NCBI GenBank assembly: GCA_048499675.1
Contig: JASNZL010000001.1
Location: 1-56,746 of the forward strand
DNA: 56,746 nucleotides
From: Candidatus Zambryskiibacteriota bacterium
GTDB taxonomy: Bacteria; Patescibacteriota; Minisyncoccia; Phycocordibacterales; WO2-35-19
Reading direction: 5' to 3'
A model generated the notes under the pieces. That model saw nothing but the letters and a program-made list of their open reading frames with translations, was not told where the DNA came from and searched no databases. The translations under genes and the position numbers were made by a program. Each line of letters opens with the position of its first letter. Position 1 is the stretch's first letter. Of the stretch, positions 19,063 through 27,388 are shown in pieces.

Positions 19063-19614
19063 TTACTGAGAAACTTCGCCAGAAACACCTACATCAACAG
19101 AAGCCTCTACTCCTGCACCAGCTTCTGTTCCCGCTTCAACTCCCGCTCCTTCATCTGTTTCTTGTATATCAACCACACCTTCAACTTTCCACTCTCCGTC
19201 CTCTACTATCATATATACTCCCTTTAGGATTCTTCCTCCGGAGTAATTTAGGCCAGCAATCAATATAGACTCATTTTCACTCAAAATCTGCAAATCTTCT
19301 ACACTCACACCCATATCAGGCACATCCTGAACACCCACAAAACCAGCTAAATCAGAAGAAAGATTATCTACTGACACTCTTGCTTTTGCGTTAGTTGATA
19401 GAGCTCCATAAGCTCTTGTCATAGCTTCCGCATCTGGTTCGGGTGGGGCAACTTTTACAAAATCTTGTAAAAAACCAAAAGCTACAAGCTCTGCTTGCTC
19501 ATCAGATGGAGCAACTACGGGGGCTACTTCGGGAGCAGTATCATTTGACATATACCACCAGACACCTCCTAGAATCAGAAGTATCACTATTATTGAGGAA
19601 ATTAACTTACTCAT
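19063..19614 (-). CDS. Hypothetical membrane-anchored protein with an acidic Ala/Gly/Val/Glu-rich tail
   Basis: N-terminal TM helix and a low-complexity C-terminus (AGVEAGTEAGAGVEAS). Confidence 0.5.
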   Translation of the reverse strand: MSKLISSIIVILLILGGVWWYMSNDTAPEVAPVVAPSDEQAELVAFGFLQDFVKVAPPEPDAEAMTRAYGALSTNAKARVSVDNLSSDLAGFVGVQDVPDMGVSVEDLQILSENESILIAGLNYSGGRILKGVYMIVEDGEWKVEGVVDIQETDEGAGVEAGTEAGAGVEASVDVGVSGEVSQ

Positions 19615-19865
19615 ATTATTTAATCTTAGACTGATAATATACTTATAATAATCGGACTATATCAAAATCTCCCTCCTTGTCCAACCAAAATGGTGGACTA
19701 CCCGTTGACTAATTTTTGTTGCAACTTTAGGTAATTTTGATAGAATAAATTTGTCTAATTTTAACAATTAGACAAAGGACTTTTAGGTCCTAGTTCCTCG
19801 GTAGCTTCTACCTGTCGGTAGACCTATCTCAACCGATAGGTAGACAGGAAGTTGGTGCAGAGCGT

Positions 19866-19938
19866 TCCTCGGTAGCTCAGTTGGTAGAGCGGCGAGCTGT
19901 TAACTCGTTGGTCGTAGGTTCGAGCCCTACCCGAGGAG
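19866..19938 (+). tRNA. tRNA-Asn (GTT)
   Basis: Manual cloverleaf: acceptor tcctcgg/ccgagga, D-arm gctc-agttggta-gagc, anticodon loop ctGTTaa, T-arm gtagg-ttcgagc-cctac. CCA is not encoded. Confidence 0.9.
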
Positions 19939-19939
19939 C
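19925..19939 (+). repeat. attL core (tRNA-Asn 3' end)
   Basis: Identical 15-mer at 31941-31955. Confidence 0.8.
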
Positions 19940-21561
19940 CCTAGTGACGAAACCTCACATTTTGTGGGGTTTTGTCTTATATGGCTTGATATTTTACAGG
20001 TTCGAGCGCGCTCTAATTCTTGCTCGACCGCCTGACGACTTTTTATGATTGTTTTAATGAAAGAATGGTAATTTACAAAGACTTTTTTGCCCTTTAGGGT
20101 GAGGTTCGAGCCAAGGCATGCGAGTATTGCTCGTTTGGCTTTATCATCTCCTTTTTCAAACCAAATGTGGGCGTAGCAAGCAAAGTCAAAGGTCTGCTCA
20201 GTGAGGTCTACCCATTCCAAAACTTCTCTGTTTTTGGTTTTCAATTCTTCTTCGAGTAATAACTTCTTTTTGACCATGGCAACCTTGAGTGTTTGGTATT
20301 CTTCATCGGTGATTATGACTCTCTCGCTGTTTGCCGGTGAGGTGAAGTTGAGTGTCAGTGATTGTAAATTCTTGGTAACTTCTTCAAGCTCTTTATGTTT
20401 ACCTTTGAGGACCAAGGTGTCGCTATCGACTTCAGTCTTTCTAAGTTCATGAAGGTGTTTTATTGCCCAGTCTTTGAATCTTTCTGAAATGGTAATCTCG
20501 CTGAGCTTGCCTTTGATATCAAGAATGAGGTCTTTAAGCTCTATGACTTTCTCAGGACACTTCACATCTACCTTTTTCTTGGTGCAGTTGTAGTAGACAT
20601 AGTGGTGAACATTGCCATTCTTACATCGCTTTACTTTTGCCTGGGCGGTGATGCTACAGCCACACGTTCCACATTTCATAAGGGAGGTGAAGGCAAAGCT
20701 ACGCTCGGGGCGTGGGCGTGGTTGCATAGTTCTGCCCATTATCTGTTGAACCTTGTTGAATTCTTCTTCGGTGATCATAGCCTCATGTGCGCCTTTGTGC
20801 CAATTGCCACTTTTGTATGGATATTCAAACCAACCGTAATAAAAAGGGTTGCTTAGAAGTGCATAGATACCGCTTTTTGATAAATGCTTGCCACCCATAT
20901 TTCTTCGCTGATATGTTTTCAAATTCAACTCCTTACGAGCCACGTCCCATATTTGTATCGTGCTGTAGTTACCAGTGAGCATGAGGTCGAATAATCTCTT
21001 TACTACTGGAAAGCGTTCAGGGTCCTTCATGATTGTCTTGAATCCCTTTTCTCTATCTGGCGTACTCATGTACCCGACCGGACACATGCTTGGTAGCCAG
21101 CCTTCTCGGACCTTCTTTGCTAAGCCTCGCTTTACGTTCACCGACAAGTCTCTGATGTACTGGTTCGCCATTCCAAGCTCTACCTGCATCATGAGGACGT
21201 TGTCTGTCGGATAGTAGGTTCGTCCGAAAGTCACGATCTGTGCGATTGCACTTTGCTGTAGCATCCAACTTATCTGTCCGCCGTCTACTGGGTTACGAGC
21301 AAGGCGGTCTAGTTTCCAGCAGATTATTCCATTAGCCTCACCTTTATAAATTCTCTCAAGCATTTTGTTGAAGACTGGTCTTCCTGGCTTTTTAGCTGAT
21401 TGTGATTCGGTAAGGACCTCGATTATCGCCAAACCTTGCTCTTCGGCAATCTTTAAGAGTTCATCTTTCTGGGCATCTATGGATGCCGCTTGTCTGTCTT
21501 CCGCCTCGCTTGATTTACGAGCGTAGAGGAAGTATTTGATTGTGGGTTTTGTATTATTCAT
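19927..21561 (-). CDS. Large serine recombinase (integrase)
   Basis: The N-terminal resolvase catalytic region YARKSS...DRLARN, a recombinase domain, a Cys-rich zinc ribbon (CGTCGC...YYNC) and a coiled-coil tail. The start is set at ATG 21561, an 8-nt overlap with the upstream gene. Confidence 0.85.
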   Translation of the reverse strand: MNNTKPTIKYFLYARKSSEAEDRQAASIDAQKDELLKIAEEQGLAIIEVLTESQSAKKPGRPVFNKMLERIYKGEANGIICWKLDRLARNPVDGGQISWMLQQSAIAQIVTFGRTYYPTDNVLMMQVELGMANQYIRDLSVNVKRGLAKKVREGWLPSMCPVGYMSTPDREKGFKTIMKDPERFPVVKRLFDLMLTGNYSTIQIWDVARKELNLKTYQRRNMGGKHLSKSGIYALLSNPFYYGWFEYPYKSGNWHKGAHEAMITEEEFNKVQQIMGRTMQPRPRPERSFAFTSLMKCGTCGCSITAQAKVKRCKNGNVHHYVYYNCTKKKVDVKCPEKVIELKDLILDIKGKLSEITISERFKDWAIKHLHELRKTEVDSDTLVLKGKHKELEEVTKNLQSLTLNFTSPANSERVIITDEEYQTLKVAMVKKKLLLEEELKTKNREVLEWVDLTEQTFDFACYAHIWFEKGDDKAKRAILACLGSNLTLKGKKVFVNYHSFIKTIIKSRQAVEQELERARTCKISSHIRQNPTKCEVSSLGLLG

Positions 21562-22459
21562 ATGCGCTTTTGATATTATCGTCCTCACGTTGTTTTTGCG
21601 TTGTATTATCAACGTAAGGGGTGTATGTCTCGGGGTTGTCATTTCCCGTTAATTTCCCGTATTTACGGGTATCTATCGTGTTGGCACTAGTGCCAACACG
21701 ATGAGTCTGTATTTCACCTGTTTTATCAGACACTTCGACCCTCATGTCTTCTGCTTTTTCGGCATTAGGGACAGTATTGCTAGAAGGCTCTGGAATAGCA
21801 ACTTTAGACGGGTCTTCTGGCATTTTGAATCTTTCCCTTAAAATATCTCCAATATTTTGTATTTTATTATTATAGTTTTCTCTTAGGTTAGTTAGATTGG
21901 CAGTAGCGCCCACACGATAGATTTCTTTTTTGCCAACACTGTGGGTAGTATTTTGCCAACTCGGTAACGGATCAGTGAGTTTAATCTTTTTAATATCCTT
22001 TGAGAGTGGTCGCCAATATCGGACCGATTGAAAGGTATACACATTCACAACCCTCATTCCTTTTTTGGACCGACGAATGCCAATGATCCCATATGCATTT
22101 AAAATTTTTAGAGCACTCATAATACTTCGAAGATTAGTACATCCTGATAAGTCTCGAATAGTCCTTACGCTTGGAAATGCATCTTGTCTTTTGAGATTGC
22201 AGTGGACCAATAAGGTGAGAAGTACTTGTGTGCAGGCAGGTGGAAACTTTGCAAGATATTGACCTCTTACATATTCATTATCAACAACAAACCTATTTGG
22301 TTTTTTCTTGCTACGAAGTGTGCTCGGGTCTACTTCATTTCTAACTTGATCGAGGTGTGTCTTTTTGAATTCCTGAAACTGCGCTACTCGTATTGGTGAT
22401 TTTTCTTTTTGATTGAGGATTTTTATCCATTCCTCGTTCAGTTTTATTTCTTCGTCCAT
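21554..22459 (-). CDS. Island protein with a winged-helix-like DNA-binding core (possible replication or regulatory protein)
   Basis: The segment VLLTLLVHCNLKRQDAFPSVRTIRDLSGCTNLRSIMSALKILNAYGIIGIRR resembles a wHTH. The start is uncertain (ATG 22459 chosen; the ORF is open to 22546). Confidence 0.5.
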   Translation of the reverse strand: MDEEIKLNEEWIKILNQKEKSPIRVAQFQEFKKTHLDQVRNEVDPSTLRSKKKPNRFVVDNEYVRGQYLAKFPPACTQVLLTLLVHCNLKRQDAFPSVRTIRDLSGCTNLRSIMSALKILNAYGIIGIRRSKKGMRVVNVYTFQSVRYWRPLSKDIKKIKLTDPLPSWQNTTHSVGKKEIYRVGATANLTNLRENYNNKIQNIGDILRERFKMPEDPSKVAIPEPSSNTVPNAEKAEDMRVEVSDKTGEIQTHRVGTSANTIDTRKYGKLTGNDNPETYTPYVDNTTQKQREDDNIKSAYE

Positions 22460-22616
22460 ATTCTTTGAGCCACTCTTTTTTGATCGGTCGATAGACAAAG
22501 TTAAAAAGAGTAAGCAAGTTAATTGCCTCATTAGCGAGAACTTCATCGGGAAGAACCGTACCGGTTTCCTGGCGATGTATTTCTTTATATTCTTCTAGTG
22601 CCTGTTTGGTAAGCAT
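22341..22616 (-). CDS. Small island protein; its 3' part overlaps the next gene in another frame
   Basis: The start is chosen at ATG 22616 (MLTKQALEEYKEIH...). The frame stays open to 22341, overlapping the 21554-22459 gene by 119 nt. Confidence 0.35.
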   Translation of the reverse strand: MLTKQALEEYKEIHRQETGTVLPDEVLANEAINLLTLFNFVYRPIKKEWLKEYGRRNKTERGMDKNPQSKRKITNTSSAVSGIQKDTPRSS

Positions 22617-22664
22617 AATGAGGGGTTTCGACCTTTGTTCGGGTCCAACTCTTCCCATAAACAG

Positions 22665-22703
22665 AAAGAGCTGAGTCCCCATTGCAAGTTGACTCAGCTC
22701 TTT
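22665..22703 (-). promoter_or_regulatory. 13-bp perfect inverted repeat upstream of the small island gene
   Basis: The sequence aaagagctgagtc-N13-gactcagctcttt. It could be an operator or a 5' UTR hairpin. Confidence 0.4.
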
Positions 22704-22950
22704 CCGTGCAATGGGTATTTACATCTTAAGTTCCAAAAAGAGCAAAATTAGGTGCATTACTTTTTGGACCAAGATGTCCTTATCCTAGAGGGTAAAATAA
22801 TTCAAATAGTAGGAATTACTTTTATCCTTTTGGATACCTCAAGCATAAATGCATTATCGGTTCAAACAGCGTGCAGTGATTTTTAGTGCTTAAAATAAGG
22901 CCGAATTTGGCTTTAGGTTCGTATTACAGGCATGTATTGCCACACATACG

Positions 22951-22972
22951 CAAAAACCCCTGAATAGGGGTT
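22951..22972 (-). terminator. Terminator of the four-gene R-M operon
   Basis: Minus strand: aacccct-attc-aggggtt followed by tttt, about 55 nt after the stop at 23029. Confidence 0.6.
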
Positions 22973-23028
22973 GAAAAGCGTACACGGGGCAACTTGGGGG
23001 CTAACTGGGGTGCTTTTATAAGCAGATT

Positions 23029-24129
23029 TTAATTAATCTTTGTTAATTCTTTTAACAAAAACCACTCTCTTCCAAAAGACCAATTCCAATCACCGCGTTT
23101 ATCATCGTATTTGACTTTATATTTTTTGCATCCATATTTTGAATGAGATATTTCTAATATCTCAGCCTTGACTTGTCTTAGAACTAAAACCTTATCTCCA
23201 ACGACGAATGTATAATTTTGTGGTAAGTGATCCGTCTTTAAACCCTTAATAGCTTCTTTAATATCAGTATTACTTATTTCTTTTTCACCTATAGATACAA
23301 GATTTTTTAGAATATTAGAAGCTAGAACTGCAATTCTCGCATACAATGCTGTAACTTCTTGGTGATAATTACGTAGATTAAAATTGGGTCCTCCAGAAAA
23401 TCCGTGAATTACATCACTTGTTTCTGCATATAGTTGATATGACTCACCGACCATCTCTCTCAACCCATCTGTCATTCCTAGCATTACTTCTTCAAGTAAA
23501 TTTCGGAATGGTTTAAATAAATTCTTAATATCTCCGTCCTTTTTATAATCTTTATTATTGACGAGATAGAATGCATTTTTAACAGACATACTATTTAGTT
23601 CTGACCGAATTTCAGAAATAGCTTTGTTATCAAAGTCTAAATCAAAATCACAGAATTCCTTAGTATTACTCTTTCTTGAGTAAAAAGCTTTTAGATTTCT
23701 AAGAAGATGAAAGTACCTAAATGCTTTCTCCTTATCATTACTAATTTTCTCAAAATGAGTACTTTCTACAAATAATTCTAATATCCTCCTTAGCATAAGC
23801 CGAGCTTCAATTTCAAAATTTCTACCCACTATTTCACCGGCGCCATTATTAAGTTGTTCGTCTGAATATTGCGCAAGCTCTTTCCTGTACTTTGTATAAG
23901 AAATTCCACAAATCTGCAAAGATTCGCATGCGTTATATACATACTTCTCAATATTTTTATTTTTGGATAAATAGTCTTTTCCCCAGTCTTGTGTATCTGT
24001 TTTTGACGACACACTCTCTTTAAGAATATTCGGAAATAAAAACAATATCGGCCGAAAAAATCCATCATCAACATTTTGAAATGATTTTTTATTTCGAAAG
24101 ACTTTAATAAGTTTCTTAAACCATGTCAT
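23029..24129 (-). CDS. Unknown 366-aa protein, fourth gene of the R-M operon
   Basis: Its ATG overlaps the TAA of the upstream methyltransferase (TAATG). A helical N-terminal ~300 aa is followed by a small beta-rich, SH3/Tudor-like C-terminus (VGDKVLVLRQVKAEILEI...YKVKYDD). Confidence 0.6.
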   Translation of the reverse strand: MTWFKKLIKVFRNKKSFQNVDDGFFRPILFLFPNILKESVSSKTDTQDWGKDYLSKNKNIEKYVYNACESLQICGISYTKYRKELAQYSDEQLNNGAGEIVGRNFEIEARLMLRRILELFVESTHFEKISNDKEKAFRYFHLLRNLKAFYSRKSNTKEFCDFDLDFDNKAISEIRSELNSMSVKNAFYLVNNKDYKKDGDIKNLFKPFRNLLEEVMLGMTDGLREMVGESYQLYAETSDVIHGFSGGPNFNLRNYHQEVTALYARIAVLASNILKNLVSIGEKEISNTDIKEAIKGLKTDHLPQNYTFVVGDKVLVLRQVKAEILEISHSKYGCKKYKVKYDDKRGDWNWSFGREWFLLKELTKIN

Positions 24130-24890
24130 TATATTTTTTGAAACACAAAAAGGTGCTCATGCATTATCAATAAAAAGTTAGACTCTTTTGATTTAGTAAC
24201 CCAGAATCCAGTGGCCTTACAGTTGAACTGTCGCTTGATGATATCTTCTTTAAGAAGTAGTCCAGCCTTAAGAAAACGGTCCATAACCTTATAGGCGAGC
24301 GGTTGGTACATTTTCTTTCGTCTTGTATCTCCCATAAGGATTGCGCAAAACTTACCGGGCTTTAGGACCCTATAAAATTCCTTTGCCACCTTTTCCATCT
24401 CATCACAAAAGGCATCTATATCACTTATGTTTGATAGATCATCAACAAGTTTTCCTTCGCTGTATTTAATTATATCTACGTAGGGTGGATGGGTTAGAAT
24501 AAAGTCTATAGTCTCATCCTTAATTTTTGAAAGATTACGTGAATCCCATTTGAATCCTCTTTGCCATGCTTTGTTATCAACTTTAAAATTAAGCGCTTTC
24601 TTTGTGCGATCGAGTGCTATCTGATTCACATCAGAATAAATAATATTTCTATTCAAAATCTTCGCCTCTATAGCAGTAGTACCGCCACCGATCATTGAAT
24701 CAAGTAAAACATCACCTTCTTTTGAGTATCGAAGGATGAGATTACGAGCTACTTCAGGGGACCAATTGCCACGCCAGTCTGAAGTATGTGTGGCCCAGTT
24801 ACCACGACGAGGAAAAGCCCAGACTGTTGTACATTCTAGTTCAAATTCTTCCGGATGCAGTTTTAATTCTGTAGCTTTCTTTATTGCCAT
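24129..24890 (-). CDS. DNA methyltransferase (N6-adenine or N4-cytosine class)
   Basis: SAM motif VLLDSMIGGGTT followed by catalytic THPPY. This motif I then IV order differs from the beta-class DpnA. Confidence 0.75.
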   Translation of the reverse strand: MAIKKATELKLHPEEFELECTTVWAFPRRGNWATHTSDWRGNWSPEVARNLILRYSKEGDVLLDSMIGGGTTAIEAKILNRNIIYSDVNQIALDRTKKALNFKVDNKAWQRGFKWDSRNLSKIKDETIDFILTHPPYVDIIKYSEGKLVDDLSNISDIDAFCDEMEKVAKEFYRVLKPGKFCAILMGDTRRKKMYQPLAYKVMDRFLKAGLLLKEDIIKRQFNCKATGFWVTKSKESNFLLIMHEHLFVFQKI

Positions 24891-24896
24891 GAGTAT

Positions 24897-25754
24897 TTAC
24901 CATTTTAGTTCATTTAGTGCGCCTGATTCGAGCATATTGAGATTGAACACATACTCATTATGGTTGTATGTTTCTTCAAGAGGTCTCTTGGTTGTGTTCC
25001 AGCCTAATCCATCAGTTATCCAAATGAAATCAATATCTTGAGCTTTTAGTTCGTCGTAGAGACTTCTAAATTCTCCACAAACTGCTTTAAGTTTAGATCC
25101 ACCACCGTTATAAAAGTTAGCCTCAAATAGTTTAAGTTTCTTATTCTTGGTGTTGTATATAGCAAAGTCAAAGCTACGTTCTGATTTATCTACTTTCACA
25201 TCAAAACCCCATTTAGCTTTTATTGCACTAGGACGTGCTTGAGCAAGACACTCATAACCGTTCTTATTGCAGAAATCAGTTAAGAAAGCGCCTGTTATTT
25301 CTTCCATTAAAGTGCCACCACGATTCTTTCTTCCATTACTATCAAGACCCACCTCAACACCCATGACATAATCAACAAGGTTCTTAATACCATCTTTTTG
25401 GAAGAGTCGTGCAAGACCTGATTTGTCTAGGAATTCAAAATATTTATCAGCATTCTTTTCTTTACCAGTAAAATCAAAGAATTCGGAATTTTTGGTGGCC
25501 TTATCAAACACCTCGAGCTTGTTTTCTCGGACCGCTAATAGGACCGGAAGAGCTTTTACTATGTCAGGATTTGAACTGTAAAGTTTTATAAATTCTTCCT
25601 TTAAATTCTCCTTACCGAGTAGGTAGTTGAGCTTATTGAGAGCTATCTCCAACTCTGAGCTATTTGAAAATACCTTATTCCAATTAACGAAATAGTCCCA
25701 AGTTTTAATTGAGCTTTTGAATGTTGTTATTAAGTTATTAAAATCTTTTTTCAT
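24897..25754 (-). CDS. Type II restriction endonuclease, DpnII/MboI family (GATC)
   Basis: Blocks IKNLVDYVMGVEVGLDSNGRKNRGG, FYNGGGSKLKAV and FIWITDGLGW match my recollection of DpnII/MboI-family conserved blocks. It is flanked by two methyltransferases, as in the MboI system. Confidence 0.7.
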   Translation of the reverse strand: MKKDFNNLITTFKSSIKTWDYFVNWNKVFSNSSELEIALNKLNYLLGKENLKEEFIKLYSSNPDIVKALPVLLAVRENKLEVFDKATKNSEFFDFTGKEKNADKYFEFLDKSGLARLFQKDGIKNLVDYVMGVEVGLDSNGRKNRGGTLMEEITGAFLTDFCNKNGYECLAQARPSAIKAKWGFDVKVDKSERSFDFAIYNTKNKKLKLFEANFYNGGGSKLKAVCGEFRSLYDELKAQDIDFIWITDGLGWNTTKRPLEETYNHNEYVFNLNMLESGALNELKW

Positions 25755-25756
25755 AT

Positions 25757-26743
25757 TTAGTAATTTGTTACGAGAACCTCAGTTATTTTTCCTCTACCTG
25801 TTCCTTTTGAGTTGATTGCTCGGCCTGCCTCAACCTTATTAATCCTTATTCCTTTACATCCTGAGTAAATCTTATTGATGAATGGTGTATCTGAGTTTGA
25901 AAGCATTACATAGCATCCTCTCTTGTGTAGTTCGAGGACCGTATCTCTAAGTTCTATTTGTTCTTTATCAAGGAATGATTCTGCTGTGTACGATGTAAAC
26001 GATGCGGTCTTACTTACTGGGTAGTAGGGTGGATCAAAATAAACAAAGTCACCTTTTTTAGCTTTCTTGAGGACCTCTTTGTAATCCTGATGTTTTATTT
26101 CTATTCCCTGCAAAGCCTTAGAAACTTTTTTGAGGTTGTCTTCATCACAAATCAAAGGGTTAGTGTATTTACCATATGGCACATTAAATCCGCCCTTGCT
26201 GTTTACTCGATACATTCCGTTGAAACATGTTCTGTTGAGGAATATAAAACGTGAGGCAACATTCAAATCACTTAGTTTGTTCGGGTCCTGGGCACGAATC
26301 ATTAAGAAATATTCTTTATCAGTCTTGTGTTTCTTAAGAGATGCAATCAGTGCATCTACATCATTTTTAATAACGTTATATGTGGTAACGAGTTCTTTAT
26401 TTAAATCAGAAAGAAACCCTTTATCAGGAAGAAGATCAAAGAATACTGCGCCGCCACCGACAAATGGCTCAAAATATCTACCAGTTTTAATATCAAATAA
26501 TTCAGGTGGGTATAAATTTAATTTCCTGAATTGTGCGAGGAGTTGCCTTTTACCACCAACCCATTTGACGAATGGTTTTGGCTTTTCAGCAATTATTTTT
26601 GCAACGTCTTCAAATAGATTTTTCTTATCAGCAAGAGAATATAATCTATATGCAAAGATAGCATTAACATCAAATTTGTTTTGTATTTCTTTGATAGCTT
26701 GCTGAGTAGTCATACTTGGTATTTTAGCATTTTTAGCAACCAA
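25757..26743 (-). CDS. Dam-family (D12 class) N6-adenine DNA methyltransferase
   Basis: KWVGGKRQLL, FEPFVGGGAVFF and FVYFDPPYY motifs. The ORF starts at TTG 26743; an alternative ATG lies at 26713. Confidence 0.85.
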   Translation of the reverse strand: MVAKNAKIPSMTTQQAIKEIQNKFDVNAIFAYRLYSLADKKNLFEDVAKIIAEKPKPFVKWVGGKRQLLAQFRKLNLYPPELFDIKTGRYFEPFVGGGAVFFDLLPDKGFLSDLNKELVTTYNVIKNDVDALIASLKKHKTDKEYFLMIRAQDPNKLSDLNVASRFIFLNRTCFNGMYRVNSKGGFNVPYGKYTNPLICDEDNLKKVSKALQGIEIKHQDYKEVLKKAKKGDFVYFDPPYYPVSKTASFTSYTAESFLDKEQIELRDTVLELHKRGCYVMLSNSDTPFINKIYSGCKGIRINKVEAGRAINSKGTGRGKITEVLVTNY

Positions 26744-26782
26744 ACTAAAGGTCCCGCTTTATCTTTATTTTAGAAGCTTATT

Positions 26783-26986
26783 TCACTCTTTTTTGTACCA
26801 CTTTCGTTTCTCGTATTCATCCGGTCCCAACTCTTTACAAGACCATCGACCAAATCTAGCACCACAATCAAGGCACTGGATTTCACTTGTGCCATCATAG
26901 TGCTCGGGATGGTCCCACGAATACTCAATAAAGATAATCTTCTCACTTCTACATTTCTGACATTTTGTGTCATCGATTATTGGCAT
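26783..26986 (-). CDS. Small zinc-ribbon protein
   Basis: CQKC...CLDC spacing. Size is 67 aa. Confidence 0.45.
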   Translation of the reverse strand: MPIIDDTKCQKCRSEKIIFIEYSWDHPEHYDGTSEIQCLDCGARFGRWSCKELGPDEYEKRKWYKKE

Positions 26987-27294
26987 AGTTTATATTCTTT
27001 TAAAAAATCATTTAACAATTTCTTATTTCCTTTCATACCGACATGCCAAGTACAAACCTCTGATATTGGAATTATTTCTTTGTAGTCATAGATAGTGATG
27101 ACTGTTGGATTTCTTGATCTGGTTTTGAAGGACCATTCGGCTTTTGTCTTCCAATCGCCGAACATGCCATACATGTCTTTTGGTTGGCCGAGACACTTTA
27201 CAAGGTCGTCATACGAGGAAAGGATGTAGCCGACAAAACTTGTGCCTGTAATATCTTTTTCCTGTGCTTTTATAAACCTCTTTTTCATGCACAC
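26977..27294 (-). CDS. Hypothetical island protein
   Basis: ORF with protein-like composition, overlapping the downstream gene by 10 nt. Confidence 0.45.
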   Translation of the reverse strand: MCMKKRFIKAQEKDITGTSFVGYILSSYDDLVKCLGQPKDMYGMFGDWKTKAEWSFKTRSRNPTVITIYDYKEIIPISEVCTWHVGMKGNKKLLNDFLKEYKLCQ

Positions 27295-27388
27295 ACGAAC
27301 ATACCGGAAGATTTTGAGGAAGTCTAGTAAATTTTTAAGCCCTATTTCAAATACTTAAGAAAAAAACTACAATAGATAATATTAACCT

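Noticed and set aside
22967-23010. Four G4-5 tracts on the plus strand (potential G-quadruplex)
   Set aside because: The first tract is part of the operon terminator stem and is separated from the others by a 15-nt loop. There is no supporting context, so it was not promoted to a finding.
26130-26705. 191-aa plus-strand ORF
   Set aside because: It is antisense to the well-supported Dam methyltransferase gene and has a low-complexity composition.
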